Part shown: one piece after another, positions 1 through 10,863 of the stretch | How positions within the stretch are numbered: the stretch's first letter is position 1 | How the letters are laid out: every line of letters begins with the position of its first letter | Source: an uncultured Spirochaetia bacterium | GTDB taxonomy: Bacteria; Spirochaetota; JAHITG01; CAZBCL01 | Length of the DNA: 64,000 bases | Assembly: GCA_964490645.1 (NCBI GenBank) | Contig: CAZBCL010000001.1 | Location: forward strand, 194,334 to 258,333 | Direction: 5' to 3' | Translations under genes and position numbers: made by a program | Notes under the pieces: generated by a model | Seen by the model: only the letters and a program-made list of their open reading frames with translations | Databases searched by the model: none | Told to the model about the DNA's origin: nothing

Positions 1-763
1 TATTATCAAACTCGCCATTGAAGGCGGATGCAATGCCGTTGCATCAACACTCGGTGTGCTCGGTATTGTTGCACGAAAATATGCGCATAAAATTCCGTTT
101 ATACTAAAATTCAATCATAATGAATTAATGACGTATCCGAACACGTATGATCAACGGTTATTCGGCTCAATTGAGCAAGCATTTGATATGGGCGCAATCG
201 CAGTCGGTGCAACCATTTACTTTGGCTCAGAAGAATCACGCCGTCAGATTGAAGAAGTAGCAAAAGCATTTGAACATGCGCATACGCTTGGTATGGTAAC
301 CGTACTATGGTGTTATTTGCGTAATACCGAATTCAAAAAAGATAAAGACTATCATGTTGCTGCTGATATGACCGGACAGGCAAATCACCTTGGAGTAACC
401 ATTCAGGCGGATATTATTAAACAAAAACAAGCGGAAAATAATGGTGGTTTTAAAGCCATTGGATTTGCAAAAACCCATGATGATGTCTACACGAAACTTT
501 CCAGCAGCCATCCGATTGACCTGACACGGTATCAGGTATTGAATTGCTACAGCGGACGGGCAGGATTAATCAATTCCGGAGGCGCATCATCCGGTGATAA
601 TGATCTTGCACAAGCCGTGCGAACGGCGGTTATTAATAAACGGGCCGGTGGTATGGGACTTATCAGCGGACGTAAAGCATTTCAACGCCCAATGAAAGAA
701 GGTGTGCATCTGTTGAATATGATACAGGATGTTTTTCTTTCAAAAGAAATTACAATTGCATAA
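1..763 (+). CDS. Class I fructose-bisphosphate aldolase, DhnA/FbaB type. The 5' end is cut by the window edge: the frame stays open upstream of the listed Met at 56.
   Basis: Translation [39 protein letters not shown]...[27 protein letters not shown] matches the DhnA-type class I aldolase family. No stop codon in frame 2 from position 2. Confidence 0.7.
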   Translation, partial: IIKLAIEGGCNAVASTLGVLGIVARKYAHKIPFILKFNHNELMTYPNTYDQRLFGSIEQAFDMGAIAVGATIYFGSEESRRQIEEVAKAFEHAHTLGMVTVLWCYLRNTEFKKDKDYHVAADMTGQANHLGVTIQADIIKQKQAENNGGFKAIGFAKTHDDVYTKLSSSHPIDLTRYQVLNCYSGRAGLINSGGASSGDNDLAQAVRTAVINKRAGGMGLISGRKAFQRPMKEGVHLLNMIQDVFLSKEITIA

Positions 764-860
764 CAGACACAAATACAAGTATACTATGGTACGGCGGGAT
801 TAATAATCCCGCCTTTTATATATGATTACTGCATATACAATACCGTGAAAGTTAAAACTG

Positions 861-2720
861 ATGAATACTGCAATACAACACCATACCGGTATACTTTCGT
901 TCTTTCAAAACGACCGCATAGGATCTATCGACAGTGATCACCGCACTTCTTCATCAATTACTCGTGAGATAGTCGTACTGACAGTGATTCTCATCACTGC
1001 ATTACTGGTCAGATTGACTTTTCTTACCGGCTTATGTGCATCGGATGATTTCTGTTATGCACGATATGCAGCTGATTATTTGCAAGGACATTTTAATTTT
1101 CTGTTTTATTACACACAATTTACTGAAGGGCATACATGGAATTTTGTCTGGCGCTTTTTAATATGGCTGCCGGTTGCACTCACGTTCAAAGTATTCGGAT
1201 TTACCGCAACCGGTGTTGTAATATATCCGCTGCTCTGTTCACTGCTGACCATTATATTGATATGGTGGATAGGGCGTATCTGTATTTCCCCGACAGCCGG
1301 ATTATCTGCAGCGCTTATTCTTGCCCTCACTCCCGCAGCAGTCAAATATGCAACCTATCTTCTTATAGAACCAATAGGAAACTTTTGGTATACACTGCCG
1401 GTTGCACTCATCATTACTGCTCTCCGCTACCGTGAGCAGCTGCACCGACCATGGCGATTTATATTAATCGGCTGTGCCGGCATCGCAACCGGACTGGCAT
1501 ACTATGTTCGGGCATATATCATTTTACTGCTTCCGGTATTCGGATTACTATTTATTTTTGATATGCTTACCAAACCGAATGAAAAGAGCACGAGCAGCCG
1601 AAACGCAGGATTATTCATACAGGCAATACCATGGATCATGTTTCCATGTGGTATTGCCGCAGCAGTACTGCCCTTTGAATTATGGCAATATAACTTAACC
1701 GGAGTATTTAATCTTCGCTGGCAGGTTGTACAGACCATGGCGAATGGATGGGCATCAGCAACCTCGCCGGACCACATGCATGAATTGATAACATATTATT
1801 CACGATTGCTTTCCGGTTCAACAATGTGGCAGATATTTACCATAACGGCATTATTCGGTGTCGCTCTTCTTATTATTGCTGCTATTAACAAGCGTGTAAA
1901 ACAGATGAATATCGTCATTCTGTTATATGTGATTGGCGTATTTCTGTGTAATGAGTTTATGACATCATCATTATCACACTATCAGCCGCTGCATAAAGTT
2001 GAACGCTTTGCAGCTGTTTTCGCTCCGATCATTGCATTGAGTGCCGGCAGTGGACTGGCAATTATTCTGCCGTATGCTTCACTGCTTCCGGCGATACTCT
2101 ATATCGGCAGTGCTGCAGTAATTATGTTTTTCAATACCGCCGATCCCATGCCGCTGTCAAGCAGTACAATGCCGATTATGAACAGCACCCTCACCGCGGT
2201 CAGCAGTATACTACTATTATTAGCAATTATGTATATTATTCGCAAAACTATATTTAAAAATAATACCGCACTACGATGGATTCATTACGGCATTGCCGTA
2301 CTAAGCACAATAATACTTTTTCAGCTCATGCTGACCGTTACTCGCCGAACTGTCCCGGTCAGTAATTATGCCTTCCATTCTTTCGGCAATGCCACCCGTG
2401 CACTTTGTACGAAAATTCCGCCGGATGCGCGGATTGTGTACCGACCGGGAATTCGATGGAATACAGCAACACAATCGTATCGCAGTGATGTCGATTGGTG
2501 GGAAAATCGTATACTCTATTATAGCGGATATACCATACCTGATGATCATTGTATGCCATTGTATTATCGGCAAAAATTATCTGATATTCACGATGCCTAT
2601 GTTCTTATGGATTCATCATGGATATCACGGCGAAAAGAACTAATGGAATTGGATATGCCGGATCACTTTCACCTGCTGGAATCAAATTGGACGGGAAAAG
2701 TATATTATGCTCATAAATGA
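861..2720 (+). CDS. Polytopic membrane GT-C glycosyltransferase, ArnT/PMT-like (GT83/GT39-type).
   Basis: More than 10 predicted TM helices and an N-terminal DDFCYARYA motif that resembles the DEARYA signature of ArnT-family GT-C enzymes. 619 aa. Confidence 0.5.
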   Translation: MNTAIQHHTGILSFFQNDRIGSIDSDHRTSSSITREIVVLTVILITALLVRLTFLTGLCASDDFCYARYAADYLQGHFNFLFYYTQFTEGHTWNFVWRFLIWLPVALTFKVFGFTATGVVIYPLLCSLLTIILIWWIGRICISPTAGLSAALILALTPAAVKYATYLLIEPIGNFWYTLPVALIITALRYREQLHRPWRFILIGCAGIATGLAYYVRAYIILLLPVFGLLFIFDMLTKPNEKSTSSRNAGLFIQAIPWIMFPCGIAAAVLPFELWQYNLTGVFNLRWQVVQTMANGWASATSPDHMHELITYYSRLLSGSTMWQIFTITALFGVALLIIAAINKRVKQMNIVILLYVIGVFLCNEFMTSSLSHYQPLHKVERFAAVFAPIIALSAGSGLAIILPYASLLPAILYIGSAAVIMFFNTADPMPLSSSTMPIMNSTLTAVSSILLLLAIMYIIRKTIFKNNTALRWIHYGIAVLSTIILFQLMLTVTRRTVPVSNYAFHSFGNATRALCTKIPPDARIVYRPGIRWNTATQSYRSDVDWWENRILYYSGYTIPDDHCMPLYYRQKLSDIHDAYVLMDSSWISRRKELMELDMPDHFHLLESNWTGKVYYAHK

Positions 2721-2875
2721 TTTTAACGATATATTATTACTGCAGACAATTACCGGCGCATAAATTTTAATGGCAACGGCAGTGTAAAACATTCACTATG
2801 TGATCGGTAGTTTTAAACAGTGGAGTTCTCGAAAGGTATTATTATTGTATATACCGACACGGCAGCACTCTATTA

Positions 2876-3640
2876 TTATATATTAATTTCAATGCCTATC
2901 GGACAATGATCACTACCGTATACATCACTCAGAATAAATGCATCGGTTACCATATCTTTTAAATTATTACTGACATAAAAATAATCAATACGCCAGCCGA
3001 CATTCCGCTCACGCGCCCGTGTTTTATAGTCCCACCACGAATAGTATCCGCCCTCTTGTTTAAATATACGAAATGTATCACAATATCCATGTTCAATAAC
3101 ACGATCAATCCATGCACGTTCTTCCGGAAGAAAACCGGAATGATTTTCGTTTTGCCGCGGACGTGCAAGATCAATTTCAGTATGTGCAGTATTAACATCA
3201 CCACAAATAATTATTTTTTTTCCCGTATCACGCACCGCATCAATATGACGAAGAAATGCATCATAAAAATCCATCTTATACTGTAACCGTTCACTGCCGG
3301 AATTGCCGTTCGGAAAATAAACATTAAAGAGAATAAATTTTCCATAATCAGCAATACTAAACCGCCCTTCTGAATCAAATTGAGGGATACCAATACCGGC
3401 TGCAAACGAATTCGGTTTGTTTTTTGATAATATCATCGTTCCGCTGTATCCTTTACGTTCAGCGGAAGAAACAAAACATCGGTAATCCGATAATTCCCGT
3501 AGTGCTTTCGGAATAGTATCATCATTCGCTTTCGTTTCCTGTATACACACAATATCCGGAGACTCAGCAGACAGCCATTCCAAAAAGTTTTTTTTCATGA
3601 TAGCACGTATACCATTTACGTTCCATGATAGTATTCGCAT
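2876..3640 (-). CDS. xth: Exodeoxyribonuclease III (AP endonuclease).
   Basis: MRILSWNVNGIRA...CIQETK...SDHCPIGIEI. Classic ExoIII/APE1 motifs across the full 254 aa. Confidence 0.9.
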   Translation of the reverse strand: MRILSWNVNGIRAIMKKNFLEWLSAESPDIVCIQETKANDDTIPKALRELSDYRCFVSSAERKGYSGTMILSKNKPNSFAAGIGIPQFDSEGRFSIADYGKFILFNVYFPNGNSGSERLQYKMDFYDAFLRHIDAVRDTGKKIIICGDVNTAHTEIDLARPRQNENHSGFLPEERAWIDRVIEHGYCDTFRIFKQEGGYYSWWDYKTRARERNVGWRIDYFYVSNNLKDMVTDAFILSDVYGSDHCPIGIEINI

Positions 3641-3660
3641 AAGCCCGCCTTATAAACCAA

Positions 3661-3679
3661 CGGCGCGGAAACCGCGCCG
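3661..3679 (-). terminator. GC-rich hairpin (GGCGCGG-AAA-CCGCGCC) between gpmA and xth. Weak terminator or attenuator candidate.
   Basis: Perfect 7-bp GC stem seen in the sequence. The T-tract on the minus strand is poor. Confidence 0.3.
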
Positions 3680-3708
3680 TTATGTATCGATTGAATGCAC
3701 TACTTGTG

Positions 3709-4455
3709 CTATTTTGTTTGTGCCTGATTGGCAACGGCGGCGGCGGCTTTTGCCGCTGCTTCCGGATCACCGAGATAATAATGCCGTAATGGTTTCAGAT
3801 TTTCGTCAAGTTCATATACTAAAGGAATACCCGTTGGGATATTCAGTTTTGATATTTCCTCATCGGAAATATCATCAAGATATTTTACCAGTGCACGAAG
3901 GCTATTGCCATGTGCAGCTATAAGAACTTTTTTTCCTTCTTTGATCGTCGGTGCGATAACCGAATGCCAATGCGGTAAAAATCGTTCAACGGTATCCTTG
4001 AGACATTCAGTATCCGGCTGCTCATCAGCGGTTAATCCGGCATAGCGCGGATCATTGGACGGATGGCGTTCATCACTTCTTGCAAGCGGCGGCGGAGGAG
4101 TATCATAGCTCCGGCGCCAAATAAAAACTTGATCAGCGCCATGTTTTTCCGCTGTCTCGGATTTATTTAATCCCTGTAAATCACCATAATGCCGTTCATT
4201 TAATCGCCATGACCGATGAACCGGTATCCACATTAAATCCATTTCCTCAAGTGCAATCCATAGTGTTTTAATCGCACGTTTTAAAACCGAGGTAAACGCA
4301 ATATCAAATACATATCCTTCTTCTTTCAATAATTTTCCGCCCGCATGGGCTTCTTCCACTCCTTTATCAGATAGTCCAACATCAGTCCAACCGGTAAAAC
4401 GATTTTCTTTATTCCACACACTTTCACCATGACGAAGTAAAACAATTTTATACAT
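3709..4455 (-). CDS. gpmA: 2,3-bisphosphoglycerate-dependent phosphoglycerate mutase.
   Basis: [21 protein letters not shown]...RLNERHYG...HGNSLRAL. Strong AGGAGG ribosome-binding site 5 nt upstream of the ATG. Confidence 0.92.
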   Translation of the reverse strand: MYKIVLLRHGESVWNKENRFTGWTDVGLSDKGVEEAHAGGKLLKEEGYVFDIAFTSVLKRAIKTLWIALEEMDLMWIPVHRSWRLNERHYGDLQGLNKSETAEKHGADQVFIWRRSYDTPPPPLARSDERHPSNDPRYAGLTADEQPDTECLKDTVERFLPHWHSVIAPTIKEGKKVLIAAHGNSLRALVKYLDDISDEEISKLNIPTGIPLVYELDENLKPLRHYYLGDPEAAAKAAAAVANQAQTK

Positions 4456-5001
4456 TTTATCCTCCTAAATTGTACCATCACCAGTAATTCTGATACGTTT
4501 TAATATGTAAAACTTTATTTGTGTCCTTTTAATATTGAATCATGCTATACACAATAATTTAAAAACACACGAATTACCGCTATCATAATCATCTTCCTTT
4601 CAAATGCAAGGATTTTTACTTCACAGAAACCAAAAATCAATACGGTTTTAATAAATCATAATACTGCAATAATAGTATGCTTTGTACAATACTCATTTAT
4701 TAAAAATGTGTATATACTGCAAATGGACACGATACCGGGCAAATGTTAAAAGCCATCTCTTCGTTACTGCAATAATGCACAGTCTCCTTCCCCATGGTAT
4801 TTGATATATAAAATGCTCTAATAAAATAAAATAAAATACAACACCGGATATGATAACAAAATACTGATTATTATAACAGACGCATGCATAATAATTTTGT
4901 ATCCGTCAGGATATACCTGCAGCGATTTAAATCACAATGACGAGAGAATTGACAAGCGCAATAATATACGGTAGGTTAACTGAAGAGGGAGGGGTCAATT
5001 C

Positions 5002-6948
5002 ATGACTCATACAACCATTCGGTCAATCACCTATTGTCTGCTTTTTAGTATACTTTGTTTTCTGTGTACAACCTTACACGGCGCACAATCTATTGAAACA
5101 ATACTGAAAAACGCTAATGAATTACTTACCGCTGAAGACTATCATCGGGCATTAGCGGAATTCAAACATGCCCATAGTATTAACGCATATGACCCGCGTG
5201 TATATGACGGGCTTGCTCGTGTTTTTATACAACTTGGACGCACTGATGATGCTGATACTCATTTTAAAAAGGCAATACAAATCGACAGTTCAAGCACTGT
5301 TTTCCGGCTGCACTACGGATATTTTCTTATTGCCATGGCACGCTATGACAATGCCCAGACACAATTCAATACAATTCTCTCATATGAAATTCACAATCCC
5401 GATGCACTGGTCGGTATTGGTCGTATCCGGCTCGCCCGCGGAAACTATCGCGAAGCACGGCACTGGTGCACGGAAGCATTGAAGTTTGATGCCGCCCATA
5501 CAGGAGCACTTCGTCAACTTGGAGAAATCGCATTTGATCTCGAAGAATGGGATATTGCACAAAAGTATTTTACCCGTGCATATCAAATAGACCCGACAGA
5601 TGCAGATGTATTATTTTATCGTGCACGTCTTGCCGAACGGCAGGGCGATATGGAACGTGCTGCCGGATTTTATCGGCAGGCAGTTGATCGTGATCCGAAT
5701 AATGCCGATAAACAACATCAGCTGTATTTATTTTATGAACGACATAATCGATGGAATGATGCACTTGAAACACTTGCTGCCGTAACCGAAAAAGCAAAGG
5801 ATAATTTTCGTGCACATTATATGTATGCGTACGCACTGCTTCAAGCCGGACAAACAAAAAATGCAATGCATGAATTTGAAACATGTCTGCAATTAAATAG
5901 CGGAGATGAGTTTGCACGCTATTCATTGGAAAATGTGTATATTAAAACACAGTCATTCTATTATCCTCCGCGCATAGCTGCTGCACAGGAACATTTAAAA
6001 AAGGGTAATCGTGCATGGCAGCGGGGACATACATTTGAAGGACTTTGGGAAATGCGGCGGGGACTTCAGCTCAACGGTCAAAATGCAGAAGCACGCTATC
6101 GCCTCTCAAAACTATATCAGGATATGTCATTATATGTTTCATATATCCATGAACTGGAAATCGCACAAAAACTTGACCCTTCTGTTTCTTTATATCATAA
6201 TGAACTTGCTCATGCCGCTGATACACAACAGCACCGTTTAGCGGTACAATCCGATATCGATCAATATTCAATTAACCGCGCTGCAACGCGATTGTATATC
6301 GCACCACTGCAGCCGACTGTATATATGAACACGCATATAAACGGCGGGAATCTTCTTACGGATATGCTGCAAAACTGTTTTTATCAACTCGGAAGAATAA
6401 CCGTCCCACAACCGGATGAAGTAATACAAGCACTTCACGCCGCGCATCTTACTGCCGTACAATCACGGGCAGACGCACTTGCGGTCGCTGCACATCTTGA
6501 TGCGGATTATGTTTTGTGGGGACGCTACATAGAATATAATAATGAACTTCAACTTATTCTGCATTTAACGTCTCTGCATACTTTTGCAGACGTACACCAT
6601 TATCAGCTTCATGGCGAAGGCAACGGAAAAGTACACACGGTTATGATTGAACTTGCTGATGCCTTATATCGTGATATCCCGTATCACGGAGAAATCATTC
6701 AACATGATGAATGGGATATTCTGGTCAATATGGGTACGGTGCATGATATACAAAAAGGGCAAACCCTTGAAATATTTCGCGGTAATTTCTTTCAGAACTC
6801 AATACAGCCGATTGCAACAGCACAGGTTGTCGAGGTTGACGAACTTATATGCAAAGCACGCTTAAGCACCTATGCCGCACAAAACACTATCCGCCTGCAT
6901 GATTCTGTTCGTTTTCTCCCTGAAGATAATAACAGGACAGAACAATGA
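5002..6948 (+). CDS. Secreted TPR-repeat protein.
   Basis: N-terminal signal peptide (LLFSILCFLCTTLHGAQS). Multiple 34-aa TPR-like repeats with A/Y/F/L periodicity. GGGAGGGG ribosome-binding site. Confidence 0.75.
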   Translation: MTHTTIRSITYCLLFSILCFLCTTLHGAQSIETILKNANELLTAEDYHRALAEFKHAHSINAYDPRVYDGLARVFIQLGRTDDADTHFKKAIQIDSSSTVFRLHYGYFLIAMARYDNAQTQFNTILSYEIHNPDALVGIGRIRLARGNYREARHWCTEALKFDAAHTGALRQLGEIAFDLEEWDIAQKYFTRAYQIDPTDADVLFYRARLAERQGDMERAAGFYRQAVDRDPNNADKQHQLYLFYERHNRWNDALETLAAVTEKAKDNFRAHYMYAYALLQAGQTKNAMHEFETCLQLNSGDEFARYSLENVYIKTQSFYYPPRIAAAQEHLKKGNRAWQRGHTFEGLWEMRRGLQLNGQNAEARYRLSKLYQDMSLYVSYIHELEIAQKLDPSVSLYHNELAHAADTQQHRLAVQSDIDQYSINRAATRLYIAPLQPTVYMNTHINGGNLLTDMLQNCFYQLGRITVPQPDEVIQALHAAHLTAVQSRADALAVAAHLDADYVLWGRYIEYNNELQLILHLTSLHTFADVHHYQLHGEGNGKVHTVMIELADALYRDIPYHGEIIQHDEWDILVNMGTVHDIQKGQTLEIFRGNFFQNSIQPIATAQVVEVDELICKARLSTYAAQNTIRLHDSVRFLPEDNNRTEQ

Positions 6949-7793
6949 CCCTCGCACGAAAGTATGCTGTCATCGGTCATCCAATACATCATTCAAAATC
7001 TCCCGCGATGCATACTGCGGCATTTGCACAATGCGGTATCACGGCGACGTATGAAGCAATAGATATTGACCCCCATGCTGCTGATTCCATAATTACTGAT
7101 ATGCGCAATCAGGGATTCAACGGTATAAATATCACTATTCCCTATAAAGAAACCGTTCTTTCACAAATTGACACCATTGATACGTTTGCTCAACGTGCCG
7201 GTGCGGTTAATACTGTTCTATTTGATGAGACCGGCTCACACGGATATAATACCGACGGATACGGCTTTATCACAGACTTTAAGGATCATTTTACTGCCGC
7301 ACCGCTTACCAACGCATCAGTTGCGCTCTTTGGCGCCGGTGGGGCAGCACGAGCAATTGCCGCACAACTGCTCACTGAACCGCTGATGGATATTTTTATT
7401 GTTAATCGAACAGTCGCACGGGCAGAAAAACTTGTTGCTGCACTTGCGCCGATTGCCGGCGAACGATCAATAACCTTAACTGCACTGCCGCTTACTGAAT
7501 CATTGTTTAATGATATGTATATCATACCCGGGATTATTATTAATACTACTTCACTTGGTCTTCATCCTGATGATGTCTGCCCGGTTGATTTTTATTCAAT
7601 CCCCCGTACCGGTATCGTATATGATATTGTCTATGGGTCTCATACACCATGCTTTTGTGCAGCAGCACATACAGCAGGATGGAAAACCGCAAGCGGACAG
7701 GGAATGCTGGTACATCAGGCAGCACGTGCATTTACACTTTGGACAGGCAAAAAAGCCCCGATTAAAGAAATGTTTCAGGCATGCATTAATTGA
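6945..7793 (+). CDS. aroE: Shikimate 5-dehydrogenase.
   Basis: YAVIGHPIHHSKSPAMH...NITIPYK...GAGGAARA. The ATGA start overlaps the stop of the upstream TPR gene. Confidence 0.88.
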   Translation: MTLARKYAVIGHPIHHSKSPAMHTAAFAQCGITATYEAIDIDPHAADSIITDMRNQGFNGINITIPYKETVLSQIDTIDTFAQRAGAVNTVLFDETGSHGYNTDGYGFITDFKDHFTAAPLTNASVALFGAGGAARAIAAQLLTEPLMDIFIVNRTVARAEKLVAALAPIAGERSITLTALPLTESLFNDMYIIPGIIINTTSLGLHPDDVCPVDFYSIPRTGIVYDIVYGSHTPCFCAAAHTAGWKTASGQGMLVHQAARAFTLWTGKKAPIKEMFQACIN

Positions 7794-9694
7794 CCGTCAC
7801 GACGTCCAATTGAATAAATTTGTTCTTTACTCAAATACGGCAGTTTAATCGTAAAACGTGTATACTTCTCTTCTTCAGATTCAACACTTATTGTTCCCCC
7901 GTGATTACTGATAATACGATGACTGATACTTAAACCAAGCCCCGTCCCCTGTGCTTTTCCTTTTGTCGTAAAAAACGGATCAAATATTTCTTCAAGCGCA
8001 TCTTTTTGAATACCCGCACCGTTATCAGTAATTATAATACTGCATAACGGAACATTCGATTCTATGATTCGTTTCGTTTGAATACATATTTCTTTAACAC
8101 CACTAACAGCAGTATTATGATATTTTTTATTCAAGGCAAAGATGGCATTATTGAGAATATTGACAATAACCTGCTGAAATTGTTCATGATGCAATGTAAT
8201 CGGCGGCAGCTCCGTATCGTACTCGCGATGTATTTCAATCATTGATGCACTGCATTTTGACGCAACAAATGTACATGCCATATCCAATGACGGATGAATA
8301 TCATGCGATTCAATAGCATGCATATCCTGACGTGCAAAAACCAGCAATTTTCCGACAATATCAGAAATTCTATTACACATTCCAAGAATATTCCGACATC
8401 CGGTCTGTACTTCAGTTTGCGTTATTGTATCATCATCAAGCAGCTGCTCGGTCATGAGCATAATAACATTCAAAGGATTGTTTACTTCATGTGCGACACC
8501 GGCAGCCATTTCACCAACTGAGGCAAGTTTATCCGCCTGCATGAGTTTCATCTGCACTCCGGCTAATTCCTTTGTCCGTTCTTCTATTTTCGCCTCCATC
8601 ATTTCTTTTAAAATCGTTTCTTCGGTTATATCACGCGCAATAATAATTGATCCGAGAAAACGAATATCTCTGTCAAAAAGCGGTCGAAAATAAAATAATA
8701 CATAATGTACGGATTTGTTTTTTATATATGAGACACGAATAGTATAATGATGCGAAGGATGTTCATTCATCTGCGCAATCAAACGGCGAAACTCCTGCTT
8801 TTCCTGAATAACGGATTCGATTGCGGTATATAACGTATCGCTAAATGTTTTTTGCACATGAATGACACCCGGCAGTTGAAGGGTATCAGTAAAATGAGTA
8901 TTACAAAAAACAATACGTCCTTCCATGTTAATAACACAAAGTCCATCCTGTATTTGTTCCAATATGGAGGCTTTTTCTATCTCATTAAAAAAAAGATATC
9001 GATAATACATTATCTGAACGGCAATGACACAAAAGATGATAAATGTTATGCTTTGTACAGCAGTATACGGCGGCGTATCGCCATCAGATAAATGGGCAAT
9101 AATACCGCCGGCGATAATTACGGCACTTACTGAGAAAACCAATAATACGGCAAATTGCCGCAGTACTGCTCTCTTCTTGTTCCGTACATTCTCAATGATA
9201 ACATATACCCAGAGTGATACCGCATAGACGATACCGACAATAAATGTCAACACCCATGTTTGTTTGACTATCCCATAGGTCAAGAACGAATTGCCTGTTA
9301 TTGGTTTGATAAGAATACCGGTTCCAAAATATATATCACTGATACATACTGCCGCTCCTATGACTGCCGGCAGCGGTGAAATAATTTTAATCGTTTTTAT
9401 TCGGGTTAATCCCGGAGCATAAATAGTTATTCCCAATAAAAATAAAAAGTAACCATTTAAACAAAAAGCAATACTGTATGAAAACGCAGAGAGTGCCTGC
9501 ACTGCCGCTGCCATATGAATCGACGGCAACTGCATAGTAAAAAAATTAACCGCTGCATTAAGCATCATGATTGCAAGAAATACTTTATTATAATGCTTTC
9601 GCGGGTTCTGCCAAAATATATAGAAACCGAAAAGCACTTCACTCAGCATAAATAATGCTGATAAATATACATTAAATGGCGCTTTCATAAGCAC
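7775..9694 (-). CDS. Sensor histidine kinase with an N-terminal 7-TM sensing domain, a PAS-like region, HisKA and HATPase_c.
   Basis: H-box ASVGEMAAGVAHEVNNPLN. G-boxes ITDNGAGI ... GTGLGLSISHRII. About 7 N-terminal TM helices. Its 3' end overlaps the 3' end of aroE convergently by 19 bp. Confidence 0.85.
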   Translation of the reverse strand: MLMKAPFNVYLSALFMLSEVLFGFYIFWQNPRKHYNKVFLAIMMLNAAVNFFTMQLPSIHMAAAVQALSAFSYSIAFCLNGYFLFLLGITIYAPGLTRIKTIKIISPLPAVIGAAVCISDIYFGTGILIKPITGNSFLTYGIVKQTWVLTFIVGIVYAVSLWVYVIIENVRNKKRAVLRQFAVLLVFSVSAVIIAGGIIAHLSDGDTPPYTAVQSITFIIFCVIAVQIMYYRYLFFNEIEKASILEQIQDGLCVINMEGRIVFCNTHFTDTLQLPGVIHVQKTFSDTLYTAIESVIQEKQEFRRLIAQMNEHPSHHYTIRVSYIKNKSVHYVLFYFRPLFDRDIRFLGSIIIARDITEETILKEMMEAKIEERTKELAGVQMKLMQADKLASVGEMAAGVAHEVNNPLNVIMLMTEQLLDDDTITQTEVQTGCRNILGMCNRISDIVGKLLVFARQDMHAIESHDIHPSLDMACTFVASKCSASMIEIHREYDTELPPITLHHEQFQQVIVNILNNAIFALNKKYHNTAVSGVKEICIQTKRIIESNVPLCSIIITDNGAGIQKDALEEIFDPFFTTKGKAQGTGLGLSISHRIISNHGGTISVESEEEKYTRFTIKLPYLSKEQIYSIGRRDGQLMHA

Positions 9695-9834
9695 AGTAGT
9701 ACACCGTTTTCGTATATTTTACAATTACGATTTTAAATATTTTTACCGCAATAATAAATCAGTATTTATGAAAAATTAAATATGCCGATACTCTATAGTA
9801 CATACGAAACACGATATACGCTCTATAAGGATAA

Positions 9835-10797
9835 ATGACGATGAATATAGTTCGCATAATATCAATATTAGTCTTCAGTATCTGTTTATTAACCGCTGCA
9901 TTTTATCAGCCCCCATTATCCGACGCTGTTAATTATATTGATATATTCCCAAACAATGAACACTGGCTAACCAGTATTGATTGGACATGGGGAGTGCTCA
10001 CTGTTCGTGCACGAGTCCCTGTTCCGGAACCGATAGTCAATCCTTCAGATCCACGCTATGCCGATCCACGCTATCCGTCTGTACGGAACTATGCACAAGC
10101 GCGACTATGGGCAGAACAGCGTGCACGTGAATTAGTTTATTGTAATATGCTTGAAGATGTTCAAAAATTGCCGGTAACATTCAATTCAAAAATGAATGAT
10201 TACCTTCTGCTGAATAAAAACTTTCAACGCCTTGCACAAGAACGTATTTCAAAATTACCCCTTAACGATTTGCGCTATGAACGTGATGACAATAATAATA
10301 ATTCAATAACCGTTATCGCAGAGCTGAAGCTTTCATTGTACGGCACTGACGGTTTAACCGGCATGATGGATCCGCGCGAACCAATAACGTGGTTTCTTCC
10401 CTTCTCAACACAAAAACTTCCGAAAATTGTTATACCGGAAATAGTTTATAGCGAAGCATATCCCTCAATTGTTATTGATGCCCGCGGATTAACAGTAACC
10501 CCCGCTCTTGCTCCAAATATTCTTGATACACATGGTACGGTTATTTACCGTCCTGAATATGTTCGCCCTGAAGCAGCAATAACACGGGGGCTCGTTGCAT
10601 ATGTTAAAAGTTCAGATTTTCTCTCCGCTGCTCAACGACAGGCACAAAACGGTATTATTGTCCCCGCACTGCGAACGTTACCGAACAATACTACTGATCT
10701 GGTTATCGGTGAAGAATGGGCTCAAAAAATATACTCATCTCCCGAAACGCAACAGGCATTACGAAACTGCATGATAACCATTATCATTGATGATTAA
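9835..10797 (+). CDS. Hypothetical secreted protein, signal-peptide bearing.
   Basis: N-terminal hydrophobic signal (IISILVFSICLLTAAF). No family recognised with confidence. Confidence 0.5.
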   Translation: MTMNIVRIISILVFSICLLTAAFYQPPLSDAVNYIDIFPNNEHWLTSIDWTWGVLTVRARVPVPEPIVNPSDPRYADPRYPSVRNYAQARLWAEQRARELVYCNMLEDVQKLPVTFNSKMNDYLLLNKNFQRLAQERISKLPLNDLRYERDDNNNNSITVIAELKLSLYGTDGLTGMMDPREPITWFLPFSTQKLPKIVIPEIVYSEAYPSIVIDARGLTVTPALAPNILDTHGTVIYRPEYVRPEAAITRGLVAYVKSSDFLSAAQRQAQNGIIVPALRTLPNNTTDLVIGEEWAQKIYSSPETQQALRNCMITIIIDD

Positions 10798-10863
10798 TAT
10801 ATACCGTTATACGCACTTCAGTCATTGAGCACATACCCGCGCAAACCGTCATATACCCGATAA

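Noticed and set aside
305-511. Short antisense or out-of-frame ORFs nested in confident genes (for example 305-511, 1109-1777, 5168-5926, 8294-9227, 22150-22592, 23178-24132, 58719-59570, 60312-61258)
   Set aside because: Fully embedded in longer ORFs with clear homology. No ribosome-binding sites. Composition typical of frame artefacts in AT-rich DNA.
4818-4838. Tandem AATAAAAT x3 micro-repeat in the gpmA / TPR-gene intergenic region
   Set aside because: Short, AT-only low-complexity sequence expected by chance at this base composition. No spacer/repeat organisation.
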